From the IMG/VR virus record IMGVR_UViG_3300025296_000086, positions 1 through 30,130 of that record: a DNA stretch of 30,130 nucleotides; one strand, 5' to 3'. Below, one piece after another: positions 17,117 to 25,371 of the stretch. The number at the start of each line of letters is the position of its first letter. Positions within the stretch are counted from its first letter, which is position 1. The translations under genes and the position numbers were made by a program. The notes beneath the pieces are model-generated. The model did no database searches. It saw nothing but the letters and a program-made list of their open reading frames with translations, and had not been told where the DNA came from. Origin of the DNA: a virus. Lineage: Duplodnaviria; Caudoviricetes.

Positions 17117-17311
17117 ATGGAGAATAATTTACTGACCCTCGATCAAGTGGCGGCTTATCTACAGGTACACCCGAAGACCATCTACAAATTCATCCACGAG
17201 AGAGAGTTCCCGCACGGCATGAAGCGGTGGAATTGTCGGCGATGGCATCAAACAGAGGTCGATGAATGGCTAAACAGTGAAGAAAAAATAGCCGAGTGTA
17301 GCCTCGCGTAG
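17117..17311 (+). CDS. AlpA/excisionase-like HTH protein
   Basis: LLTLDQVAAYLQVHPKTIYKFI...FP...RRWHQTEVDEWL. Confidence 0.85.
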   Translation: MENNLLTLDQVAAYLQVHPKTIYKFIHEREFPHGMKRWNCRRWHQTEVDEWLNSEEKIAECSLA

Positions 17312-17357
17312 TCCAGTCCTGATTTTTTCCTTCCTTCCTAAACATTCGTTCTTTACA

Positions 17358-17496
17358 ATTGCCCGCAGCGCACTCCGCGAAGTTTTCAAGAACCCGCAAG
17401 GGCAATCTTGGCTTTGAGCGCAAGGCCGATCTGGTTCGGAGGCCGGGAGCCACGGTAGGAAAGCCCACGATTGCCGATCTGCGTAGCGGGAGCAAT
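17358..17496 (+). ncRNA. Candidate structured 5' leader of the scaffold-capsid operon
   Basis: ATTGCCCGCAGCGCA (17358-17372) pairs with TGCGTAGCGGGAGCAAT (17480-17496). Inner CAAGA-CCC-GCAA-GGG-TCTTG hairpin with a GNRA loop. Confidence 0.45.
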
Positions 17497-17516
17497 CACG
17501 GGAGAGGTGATTTTTT

Positions 17517-18506
17517 ATGGCAGAAGCGAAGGAAAAAAACGCACTCGTTGAACGCCTAGCGAATAATAGGCTTCCAGCGAAGAAAACGCCAACACGGACT
17601 CCAGCAAAGGAGCCGACAGAGAACGCCGCGGTTTCGACCAGGCCGACTGCACGGCGTACGCACCCACCTGAGTCCATCCCTGGACAACCAAATGAACCCA
17701 GCACCGAAGTTATCACAGCTGAGCGGTCAAAACCCGTCACTGAGTTCTACAAAGTCAACGGCCAGGAGTACACCCTCGATCAGTTAAAAGAGCAGGGGAT
17801 GCTTCCCAAGCTCGTTACCACCTACGACCAACACCAACACCTGCAAGCCAAGTACCTCGACAACCTAAAAGAGCTGGATACGCTAAAAACTACTCCAGCT
17901 CCCGTCGCGAAGGAACCCACACCAGAAGAGGTATGGGGGGTTGTAAAGCAGCAATACGCGCCCCTGGTGGCCAACTTCATCAAGCACGACATCGACTCTG
18001 GGGAATTGGAATCGGACTTAAACGAGATGTACCCAGAGACACTGAAAACCCTCTACACGAGGATTCTGTTTCAAGAGGCCAAGGTGGACGATCTGCGCCA
18101 GGCCGTCTGGGAATTGCAGCAATCGACATCGGGCGTGAGACAGAAAGAAGCGAGGAGCGAGATCGAAAATGCAATCGGCGCACAACTCGACATCCTCGCG
18201 TCGAGTGACGAGGTCTACGGTTTGTTAAAGGATGCAGATACCAGGGAAGGTTTTATCGATTACCTGTTCGACTTGAATCCGAGCTTGGATCAGGTCTCAG
18301 GTGACGTGGCCCAAGCGTTTTTAGCCAAGCAATGGTTTGCCTATAACGCAGATGCAATCAAGGCGGGACAGGAGCCGAGCCGGGGAAAGACACCCGCCTC
18401 CCCGACAATCCAAGGCGAGGGGCCAACCTCAAGGCCGGGAAGTTTCCACTCAGAGGAGGCAACGCACCTCGACCAACTCGCATCGTCACGGCTTCCGATA
18501 GAGTAG
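17517..18506 (+). CDS. Capsid scaffolding protein (probable)
   Basis: Disordered N-terminus, YKVNGQEYTLDQL motif, helical charged body, directly before the capsid gene. Confidence 0.75.
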   Translation: MAEAKEKNALVERLANNRLPAKKTPTRTPAKEPTENAAVSTRPTARRTHPPESIPGQPNEPSTEVITAERSKPVTEFYKVNGQEYTLDQLKEQGMLPKLVTTYDQHQHLQAKYLDNLKELDTLKTTPAPVAKEPTPEEVWGVVKQQYAPLVANFIKHDIDSGELESDLNEMYPETLKTLYTRILFQEAKVDDLRQAVWELQQSTSGVRQKEARSEIENAIGAQLDILASSDEVYGLLKDADTREGFIDYLFDLNPSLDQVSGDVAQAFLAKQWFAYNADAIKAGQEPSRGKTPASPTIQGEGPTSRPGSFHSEEATHLDQLASSRLPIE

Positions 18507-18521
18507 ATAAGGAGATAAACC

Positions 18522-19697
18522 ATGCCAGTTTTAGGACTAAGAGGATCAGGCGACTTCTCATCCGATGAGAGGCCGAAAAACTACCGTGAGCTAATTCTTC
18601 TTCTGTTTCCGAATTCGCCGATCAGCATCACCGCCTTACTTTCAAAGCTGAAGGTCGAAGCAACCGACGATCCACAGTTCACCATTTTTACCAAGGGTCT
18701 ACCGACCCAGATAGCAAGCATCAGCGGTTCCCATACCGCAGCTATCACCACACTGACACTGAGCGGCACCAACCCAGGAAAGGTTTTTCGCAAAGGTCAT
18801 AGCATTATCAATGAGCGAACGCTTGAGGTGATGTGGGTGACATCCGATCCATCTGGCAGTTTTGATTCTCTGTCGGTAGCCAGGGGGAAAGGTTCCACGG
18901 CAGCGACCATGAACGATGCCGACGTAGTTAGAATTGTCGGGTCGAGTCACCTGGAAGGTGCTAGTGTGCCAACCTCGATCACATACGATCCGTCATCCAC
19001 CGTGAACTTCACCCAGATTTTTCGCACGAGCCTCGATGTGACCGGGACGCAGAAAGCAACCCACGTCCGTACCGGGAACGACTACCTGGAGCGACAACGC
19101 GAGGCCCTGGAGCTTCACGCCATCGAAAGAGAGATGGCTTATATCTTCGGGACCGGAGTGGAGGACACTAGCGGAGTGCAACCTCAAAGAACAACCAAGG
19201 GATTTATCGAACTCGTAACAACCAACGTGACCGACTTCGCCGATGCAGTCGATATCGATACCTGGGAGACCTTCCTCGAAGACTGCTTTGAGAACGGTTC
19301 CAATGAGAAGTTATTCTTAGCCGGGAACACGGCCATTACAACGATCAACAAGATCGGTCGCATTCACGGCCAGATCGAACTCACACCGAGGTCAGAGAGT
19401 TACGGAATGCAGATGCAGACCTACATCACACCGTACGGCACCTTGCAGATCCGCCAACACGCACTGTTCTCAAAGAGCGCGACGTTCAAGGATTGGGGTC
19501 TGTTGGTTGACCAGAAATATCTGGTTGACAGGCCATTGATCGGCAACGGCGAGAACCGGGACACCCACTACAGGGACAACGTCCAGAGTCCTGGGGATGA
19601 CCGCGTGACAGACGAGTGGCTCACTGAGATCGGGCTGGAGCTTGAGCATGAGTCCGTCCACGGCGTAGCGAAGAATATGTCCGCACTCGTGCCTTAA
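18522..19697 (+). CDS. Major capsid protein (SU10/DUF5309-like)
   Basis: RBS AAGGAG. NFTQIFRTSLDVTGT, EREMAYIFG, RTTKG, TPYG, EIGLELEHE. Confidence 0.9.
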   Translation: MPVLGLRGSGDFSSDERPKNYRELILLLFPNSPISITALLSKLKVEATDDPQFTIFTKGLPTQIASISGSHTAAITTLTLSGTNPGKVFRKGHSIINERTLEVMWVTSDPSGSFDSLSVARGKGSTAATMNDADVVRIVGSSHLEGASVPTSITYDPSSTVNFTQIFRTSLDVTGTQKATHVRTGNDYLERQREALELHAIEREMAYIFGTGVEDTSGVQPQRTTKGFIELVTTNVTDFADAVDIDTWETFLEDCFENGSNEKLFLAGNTAITTINKIGRIHGQIELTPRSESYGMQMQTYITPYGTLQIRQHALFSKSATFKDWGLLVDQKYLVDRPLIGNGENRDTHYRDNVQSPGDDRVTDEWLTEIGLELEHESVHGVAKNMSALVP

Positions 19698-19747
19698 TAA
19701 TTCTTCGACCTAACGTCGGTGTTTAATCGACGCGGGTAACGTAACCT

Positions 19748-19781
19748 CCTGGTCGGGTGGGCTGCGGCCCATCCTTCCAGG
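19748..19781 (+). other. GC-rich hairpin after the capsid gene (stabiliser/attenuator)
   Basis: CCTGG-tc-GGGTGGGC-tgcg-GCCCATCC-tt-CCAGG, with no U-tract. Confidence 0.4.
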
Positions 19782-19798
19782 GATGAAAGGAGAAGCAG

Positions 19799-20122
19799 AT
19801 GGCTCTAACTTTTACCAAACGTGCCGGGATGCCTCCCTTGCGAGGGGGGCTGATGATGACCGTGTACGATATCACGTTCGACACGGGTGGTCCGACCTGG
19901 ACGGTTACAGCGGCAAATGTGGGACTTCCTACCAACGGAACCCTCCTGGCCGTAATCCCAGCTGGTGGAACACCGGGGGGATACGGTGTGTGGTGGGATC
20001 GGGCGAATGCACTTCTTCGGGCCTATGAGGAGGCTGATGGGGCTGGGGCGATGGGAAGTATCGATGCCGGAGATCTGAATACTACGATCATCACCTGTTT
20101 GTGTATCGGCTACGGAGGATAA
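19799..20122 (+). CDS. Probable virion/decoration protein
   Basis: RBS AAAGGAG, 107 aa, beta-rich, follows the capsid gene. Confidence 0.7.
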   Translation: MALTFTKRAGMPPLRGGLMMTVYDITFDTGGPTWTVTAANVGLPTNGTLLAVIPAGGTPGGYGVWWDRANALLRAYEEADGAGAMGSIDAGDLNTTIITCLCIGYGG

Positions 20123-20124
20123 CG

Positions 20125-20343
20125 ATGGCTTTCAAGAAGAAAGTAGTTAGCGAGAGCGAAGAACAGGTTGAGGCGGTTGAGTCGGTAGCCGAGTTCGCTG
20201 TCGTATGTAATCGATTCAAGGAACTGAGGATTGGCAAAGAGATAAAGTTCGAGAACGGGTTGTTTAAGACCACCGATCCCAAGGTAATCGCAAAAATAAA
20301 GGCCAATGACGGGTGGCGGGTATTCATTCACCTGCGAGATTAA
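20125..20343 (+). CDS. Hypothetical phage protein
   Basis: RBS GGAGG. IKFENGLFKTTDPKVI motif. Confidence 0.7.
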   Translation: MAFKKKVVSESEEQVEAVESVAEFAVVCNRFKELRIGKEIKFENGLFKTTDPKVIAKIKANDGWRVFIHLRD

Positions 20344-20353
20344 GGAGGAAACG

Positions 20354-20539
20354 ATGCAATTGAAAGGCACGAGAGCGCAACGGAGCGATGTGGCTATGTA
20401 CAAAGGGGCAGCTCACAACCGGGCGAGTAAGGGTCAAGGAGGCGGGGATAAGACCCCGGCAAAGATGGGGTTGAAGTATCCCAAGCGCAGCCATGTATCC
20501 GATGTTGACCACGCCTTTGGACGCACACGGTCCAAGTAA
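20354..20539 (+). CDS. Small basic protein
   Basis: RBS AAGGAGG, 61 aa. Confidence 0.65.
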   Translation: MQLKGTRAQRSDVAMYKGAAHNRASKGQGGGDKTPAKMGLKYPKRSHVSDVDHAFGRTRSK

Positions 20540-20562
20540 TCAAGTCTGTAAAGGAGATAAAG

Positions 20563-20985
20563 ATGAAACAACTCCGTGAGATAGGGATTGTCACGTTTTT
20601 CGTGGTGCTACTGAGCGGTTTGATTACCGGCACCCTTCTGATCGCTCAGACAAGTCTCCATGAGGTTCGAGGTGCGTTGGACTTCGTGCAGTTCGATCCC
20701 CAGATAAGGTTCGCTGGGAACATGACTGTCGAGAAGAAAGACGGGACCGATCTGTTCGAGATGACCGACATTGGCGGATTCCACATCGTTGAAACTTCAG
20801 ATGTGGCCGAGACCCCGGACTTGAGTCAAGATGCCGAGGTTGCGTTACTGACCTGCAACGATCAGTTCATCATCCAATACAACAACGGTGGTGTACTCAC
20901 CTACATAACGCTTGACCTCGACGGGTCAGATACGAGTTGGGCGCAGAGCACCACGGCCCCGACGGGTTGTAGCTTCAATCTGTGA
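20563..20985 (+). CDS. Hypothetical protein with N-terminal signal peptide/TM
   Basis: RBS AAAGGAG. MKQLREIGIVTFFVVLLSGLITGTLLIA, then an acidic beta-rich body. Confidence 0.7.
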   Translation: MKQLREIGIVTFFVVLLSGLITGTLLIAQTSLHEVRGALDFVQFDPQIRFAGNMTVEKKDGTDLFEMTDIGGFHIVETSDVAETPDLSQDAEVALLTCNDQFIIQYNNGGVLTYITLDLDGSDTSWAQSTTAPTGCSFNL

Positions 20986-21182
20986 TTCGGAAGGAAGGTC
21001 ACGGATATAGGCTCTATTCGACCTCGAAACCTGGCCGGGCTTTGGGTCCGGTCAGGTCATCGAAGGAAGAAGTAGGGCGGAAAGATGAGAAGCGAGTGGA
21101 GTTTTTTAAGAATCTTGGACACTCGAAAGGTGGCCCCGGTAGTTTGAAGGCCAAGGTTCAAAAGAAAAGTTTCCTAAACTAA
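20982..21182 (+). CDS. Small basic phage protein
   Basis: GTGA coupling. IRKEGHGYRLYS...GRALG...KRVEFFK. Confidence 0.6.
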   Translation: MIRKEGHGYRLYSTSKPGRALGPVRSSKEEVGRKDEKRVEFFKNLGHSKGGPGSLKAKVQKKSFLN

Positions 21183-21183
21183 T

Positions 21184-21828
21184 GTGGCAAACACAACACT
21201 CACTTTACTGCAAGCAGCGATGGGGAACTGGTTGGGTGATGTTAATACCACCCGGCTACCCGATGCAATCCGTTTGGACTGCATCAATGCAGCAATTCGA
21301 TTCTTTCTCCGCCAGTACGATTTAAGATACGGGGAGATCACCGATACCTTCGCCACCGTCGCTTCCACCTACGACTATACGGTCCCGACAGGCTGGCTCC
21401 GACCTCATACCATTTGGTACACCCATCCTACTAATAGCTCCACGGTAGTCCTGATTTACCGGGAGAAGGAAGCCTTCGACATTCTGTTTCCAGACACCAG
21501 TAAAGAGGATTTGCCAACTTACTACACGGCATGGGGTGCCAATATCCGGTTGGGAAAGACCCCCGATCAGGTTCTTACCCTTAATCGTAATTACTACGGG
21601 CTGCTCACCGACCTGGCATCCGCCAATGACTCGAACATATTCACGTCGGATGCATGGGAGGCGATCCTGTTCAAGGCCCTGGAAATCGCTTGTGAAGGTT
21701 ACGGGATCAACGATAGGCGGTTACCTCAATGGAAAACACTGGCGCGTCAATGGGGGGAACAACTGGTTACCTCTCACGCGAGAGCGAGGACGAGCGGGAG
21801 AAAGGCTCAGAGTTCGGAACCGGGATGA
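21184..21828 (+). CDS. Head-tail adaptor / tail tubular protein A-like
   Basis: 214 aa. INAAIR, YDYTVPTGW, PTYY, L.YY and AILFKAL patterns, and its position after the capsid genes. Confidence 0.7.
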   Translation: MANTTLTLLQAAMGNWLGDVNTTRLPDAIRLDCINAAIRFFLRQYDLRYGEITDTFATVASTYDYTVPTGWLRPHTIWYTHPTNSSTVVLIYREKEAFDILFPDTSKEDLPTYYTAWGANIRLGKTPDQVLTLNRNYYGLLTDLASANDSNIFTSDAWEAILFKALEIACEGYGINDRRLPQWKTLARQWGEQLVTSHARARTSGRKAQSSEPG

Positions 21829-22091
21829 GATCAAAAATAGTTAAGGCGATGTTCCTGGCCTGGTTCCTGTTCTACATAGAGGGAGGGAAGGAGTACGTTC
21901 TCAAAGTCCCATTCAATAGGGCGGAATGTAACTTTTATAAGGACTTCCATCAAAGATATATACCGACGAATTGGTACGAGTGCATTAACCTGGGCATGGA
22001 ACAAACCAGGGAGGGGCAGCTCTACCAATCATTCCGAGGACTAATCGTGGATGGCGCAAAGGAAGTTTACAAACCGGGGGGTGGAAATTAA
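21825..22091 (+). CDS. Hypothetical protein
   Basis: ATGA coupling, 88 aa, hydrophobic N-terminus. Confidence 0.5.
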   Translation: MRSKIVKAMFLAWFLFYIEGGKEYVLKVPFNRAECNFYKDFHQRYIPTNWYECINLGMEQTREGQLYQSFRGLIVDGAKEVYKPGGGN

Positions 22092-22317
22092 GTGTCATGG
22101 ACGAACCTATACCGTCGCAGTTTGCGCCCTATGTGGATTGAAACAGTACCCAGCAGAAGCGTTAAGGAATCATATCTGTTTTAGCATGGTCGTGAAGTAT
22201 TGCCCGATGTGTCACCAAGATCGGCCAGTTTGGATGTTCAATGGAAGGACTCGTGTGTGTTCAACCTGTTATGGAAAAAGGGGTGGCAAGATAAGTGGGA
22301 GAAGAAGGTCGAAATGA
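22051..22317 (+). CDS. Zinc-finger hypothetical protein
   Basis: CALC, CPMC, CSTC. Coupled to the next gene. Confidence 0.55.
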   Translation: MAQRKFTNRGVEIKCHGRTYTVAVCALCGLKQYPAEALRNHICFSMVVKYCPMCHQDRPVWMFNGRTRVCSTCYGKRGGKISGRRRSK

Positions 22318-23462
22318 TTTTCCCCCTTCTCGCTGTTACGAGCTTGCTGCTATTTTACACGCCTCTCGTGAACGGGTACGAGTTACCTAAACTTCTGTTC
22401 TTGGGGCTGCTCGTAATCTTCGGCCTTGGCTACCTGCTAGAATCTAAGAAAGTCTCCCTCCCGTGCCTGTACCCGATTGCACTGTTCTTCGCGGGATCGG
22501 TGCTGTCGGCCTGGGGTGCGCTGAACCACTATGAGTTGGTGCTGGCGTTGTCCTTGGATCTGATGGGGATCTCTCTTTTCTGGATAGTGGTGAATGCGGT
22601 CAAGCCTATGGCCATGGAAGGTATCCTGTGGGGGCTGTCTGTGATCGGGGCAACGATAGCCTTGGTATTAATATTCCTACCCGGCGATCAGGGGTCGGTT
22701 GGTAACTCCGCTCTGGCCGGTATCTTCATGGTACCCTTCATTCCCATAGCGGTTTACTTGGCCCCGTGGGGATTGATACCGGCAGCGATAATCGGGATCG
22801 GGATTTACGTTACAAACTCCCATGCGGCGTTCCTCGCCCTCCTGGTGATAATGGCCGTGATGATCTGGAGGACGGTCCCCGTTTGCCCCAAAACGATTGC
22901 CATCATTCCAACCGTATTCGCCTGTCTGCTTGTCTTGAAGATGGGGATCGGTGCAGACCTCTCGATTCGCTACCGGCTTGATTGGTGGAGAAATACCGCA
23001 CACATGGTGGTCGATCATCCGGTGTTCGGTATAGGGCGCGGTAACTATGTGGTGGTCTATCCTCAGTATGCCATCCTGGGGGACCGGGTGATGCAGGGCC
23101 AGGCGAACGTCAATCGCGTAGGGCAGACAATAAAGACCGCGATACACTCCCCGCACAACGATTACCTACAGTTGTTGGTCGAAGCTGGCCCCATTGGCCT
23201 GGCGGGGTTCCTGTGGTTCCTATGGATGATGGTTGACAGGTTAAAGTGGAGGACGGTCAGCAAGACAGCAAAGACCCTGGCACTCAGTATGTTGGGTTTC
23301 CTGGTAACCGCAGCGTTCCACTTCCCGCTACAGACCGCTTCGGGGATGACGCTGTTTTGGGTACTGAACGGACTTCTATGGGTGGCGAGTGAAAAGAATA
23401 TTGATACTGACGCTACTGGTTTCCCAGGTGGGATTTTTCCTGGGGAACTTGATGCGGGCTAG
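22314..23462 (+). CDS. O-antigen ligase / O-oligosaccharyltransferase family (Wzy_C) membrane protein
   Basis: About 10-12 hydrophobic segments. R..WW...HPVFGIGRGNY and HSPHNDYLQLLVEAGPIGL motifs, then HFPLQ. Confidence 0.88.
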   Translation: MIFPLLAVTSLLLFYTPLVNGYELPKLLFLGLLVIFGLGYLLESKKVSLPCLYPIALFFAGSVLSAWGALNHYELVLALSLDLMGISLFWIVVNAVKPMAMEGILWGLSVIGATIALVLIFLPGDQGSVGNSALAGIFMVPFIPIAVYLAPWGLIPAAIIGIGIYVTNSHAAFLALLVIMAVMIWRTVPVCPKTIAIIPTVFACLLVLKMGIGADLSIRYRLDWWRNTAHMVVDHPVFGIGRGNYVVVYPQYAILGDRVMQGQANVNRVGQTIKTAIHSPHNDYLQLLVEAGPIGLAGFLWFLWMMVDRLKWRTVSKTAKTLALSMLGFLVTAAFHFPLQTASGMTLFWVLNGLLWVASEKNIDTDATGFPGGIFPGELDAG

Positions 23463-23823
23463 AGCGGAGCACTTTTATAGCCGGGCGGACCTCAGACGGG
23501 CGATCATATATAACCCGTTTGAGTACCGCTACCATTTTATGGCGGCGAATGCGTTTACGCATATTCGACAGTACAAAGCGGCCAAGGCGCACTACCGGGT
23601 GGTACTGGCATTGAGACCTAATTACCTGGATGCGGCCTCGAACATGGCCCTGGTTGAAGCGAAGTCGGGACGGCTGGAATCGGCCAGGGGGATCTACCAG
23701 GCCGTGTTGAAAATGTGGCCGACGCACCGAGAGGCGCAAGCGGGGCTAAATGCCGTAACGAAACTTCAGGAGGCTAAGAATGAACAGTTTGACCGGCTCA
23801 TTGAAAAATATCGGACTGATTAA
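23389..23823 (+). CDS. TPR-repeat protein with N-terminal TM
   Basis: AKAHYRVVLALRPNYLDAASNMA...ARGIYQAVLKMWP are TPR motifs. Confidence 0.8.
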   Translation: MKRILILTLLVSQVGFFLGNLMRARAEHFYSRADLRRAIIYNPFEYRYHFMAANAFTHIRQYKAAKAHYRVVLALRPNYLDAASNMALVEAKSGRLESARGIYQAVLKMWPTHREAQAGLNAVTKLQEAKNEQFDRLIEKYRTD

Positions 23824-25369
23824 AGCGGGATTAGCTGCGGTCCTCGCAGTGGTTCTTGCGGGTGCGCTCGTTCACGCGGCATCCGACCAGCTTAAAGCTG
23901 CCCGGATGACGAACAGTACCTTGGCCTCGCAGATCGATGACAAGGTTGGGGAGCTTGAAACCGCCCTTGGAATAATCCTTGGCATCACCCTGGACACTAA
24001 TGTATCTGCCATATTCAGCATTGGCAGCACCGGACTCATCACGGTCCAGTACGATCTCACCTTGCCAGATTCAACGGCCTTAACGATGGGAACAGGAGGT
24101 GACGTAGATATCGAATATGACGGGACCGACCTGCTTATTAACCCGGCAGTAGTGGGGTCTGGTGATGTGGTAATCACTGGTGGATCGGTGGAGCTAGAAG
24201 ACAGCGAGAGCGTTACCCTTGGCACGGGTAAGGATGCCACAGTCCTGTATGACGGCACCGATGTGGTGATTAATCCACGAGTGGTTGGTTCCGGTGGCGT
24301 GAAGCTGGATGCCGGGACTTTGTTTATCAAGGAACAGGCCGACGCTGATACGGACAAGGCCGCGTACGGCCAGATCTGGGTCAATACCGCAACGCCCAAC
24401 ACCCTTTTCTTTACTGATGATGCCGGGACAGACACCCAATTAGGAGCCGCCGGTGGCACCGACATGACCGCCCATGCCGTGACCATGGGAGGGGGTACCG
24501 CGGGTACGGACATTGTGTGGACGTTCGATGGAGAGAACAACGACGGCGTGTTTAGTTGGATGGAGGATGAGGACTACTTTAGATTATCTGATAATATACA
24601 GCTTTTAGACAACGTAGGCATAATCTTTGGAAATGGTTCTGACATGACCTTTCAGTCCACTGGGGCGAACGTCATTGTTAGTGGCTCCGGGCAACTTAGT
24701 CTTGATGACACGCAATTAGAGGTTAGGAAAGATAGTACTACTGTTATTCTTGTTGACCGTGGCGTTAACGACGGTACGCTGATTTCTCTAAAGCAAGCAA
24801 CTTCCGAGGAGGGGAGAATAGATGTTTCTGGAACTACCGTCGGTTATCAGACATTCATGGGTGCTCACTGGGCGCAATTCCTTGGCCCCGTGCCTCAGGT
24901 TGAGTTTGGTCATGTAGTTGTTGCAACTGGAGACATAATCCCGCTGAGAACAGCGCAGCAAAATCGCGGACCATATGACATTGCGAAGCTAGCAATGGTG
25001 AAAATGTCTTCTTCTCGTGGACAACGAGCAATTTACGGCGTGTATCGTCATCTTGAGAAAGATTCGGAAATGAACAGTGTCTCGTTTGATCGCAAGGGCA
25101 ACCCGGTTGCCAGTATAGCCGCACTTGGTTTGTTCGTCGTGAGGGTGACCGATACCGCTGGCAACATTGCCAACGGCGACTATCTCCAGACCTCCCCTCG
25201 TGCTGGCGAGGCCGAGAAGCAGGTTGACGGTTCCATGGTTTACGATCCTCACCTGATGGATAAAACGGTCGCTAAGGCCCTCGTAAATGTGGATTGGGAG
25301 ACCGTGAGCGTAGATCCAACGCTTGGCTACAAGTGGAAATTGATCCCCGCAACTTTACACTCAGGATAG
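23780..25369 (+). CDS. Tail fibre/spike-like protein with signal-peptide-like N-terminus and probable C-terminal autoproteolytic chaperone domain
   Basis: G/T/D-rich beta repeats (GTGxDxxxxYDGTDxxINPxVVGSG twice). C-terminal GNIANGDYLQTS...G...KQ...TVAKAL resembles the peptidase G2/IMC-like domain. Confidence 0.7.
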   Translation: MNSLTGSLKNIGLIKAGLAAVLAVVLAGALVHAASDQLKAARMTNSTLASQIDDKVGELETALGIILGITLDTNVSAIFSIGSTGLITVQYDLTLPDSTALTMGTGGDVDIEYDGTDLLINPAVVGSGDVVITGGSVELEDSESVTLGTGKDATVLYDGTDVVINPRVVGSGGVKLDAGTLFIKEQADADTDKAAYGQIWVNTATPNTLFFTDDAGTDTQLGAAGGTDMTAHAVTMGGGTAGTDIVWTFDGENNDGVFSWMEDEDYFRLSDNIQLLDNVGIIFGNGSDMTFQSTGANVIVSGSGQLSLDDTQLEVRKDSTTVILVDRGVNDGTLISLKQATSEEGRIDVSGTTVGYQTFMGAHWAQFLGPVPQVEFGHVVVATGDIIPLRTAQQNRGPYDIAKLAMVKMSSSRGQRAIYGVYRHLEKDSEMNSVSFDRKGNPVASIAALGLFVVRVTDTAGNIANGDYLQTSPRAGEAEKQVDGSMVYDPHLMDKTVAKALVNVDWETVSVDPTLGYKWKLIPATLHSG

Positions 25370-25371
25370 AA

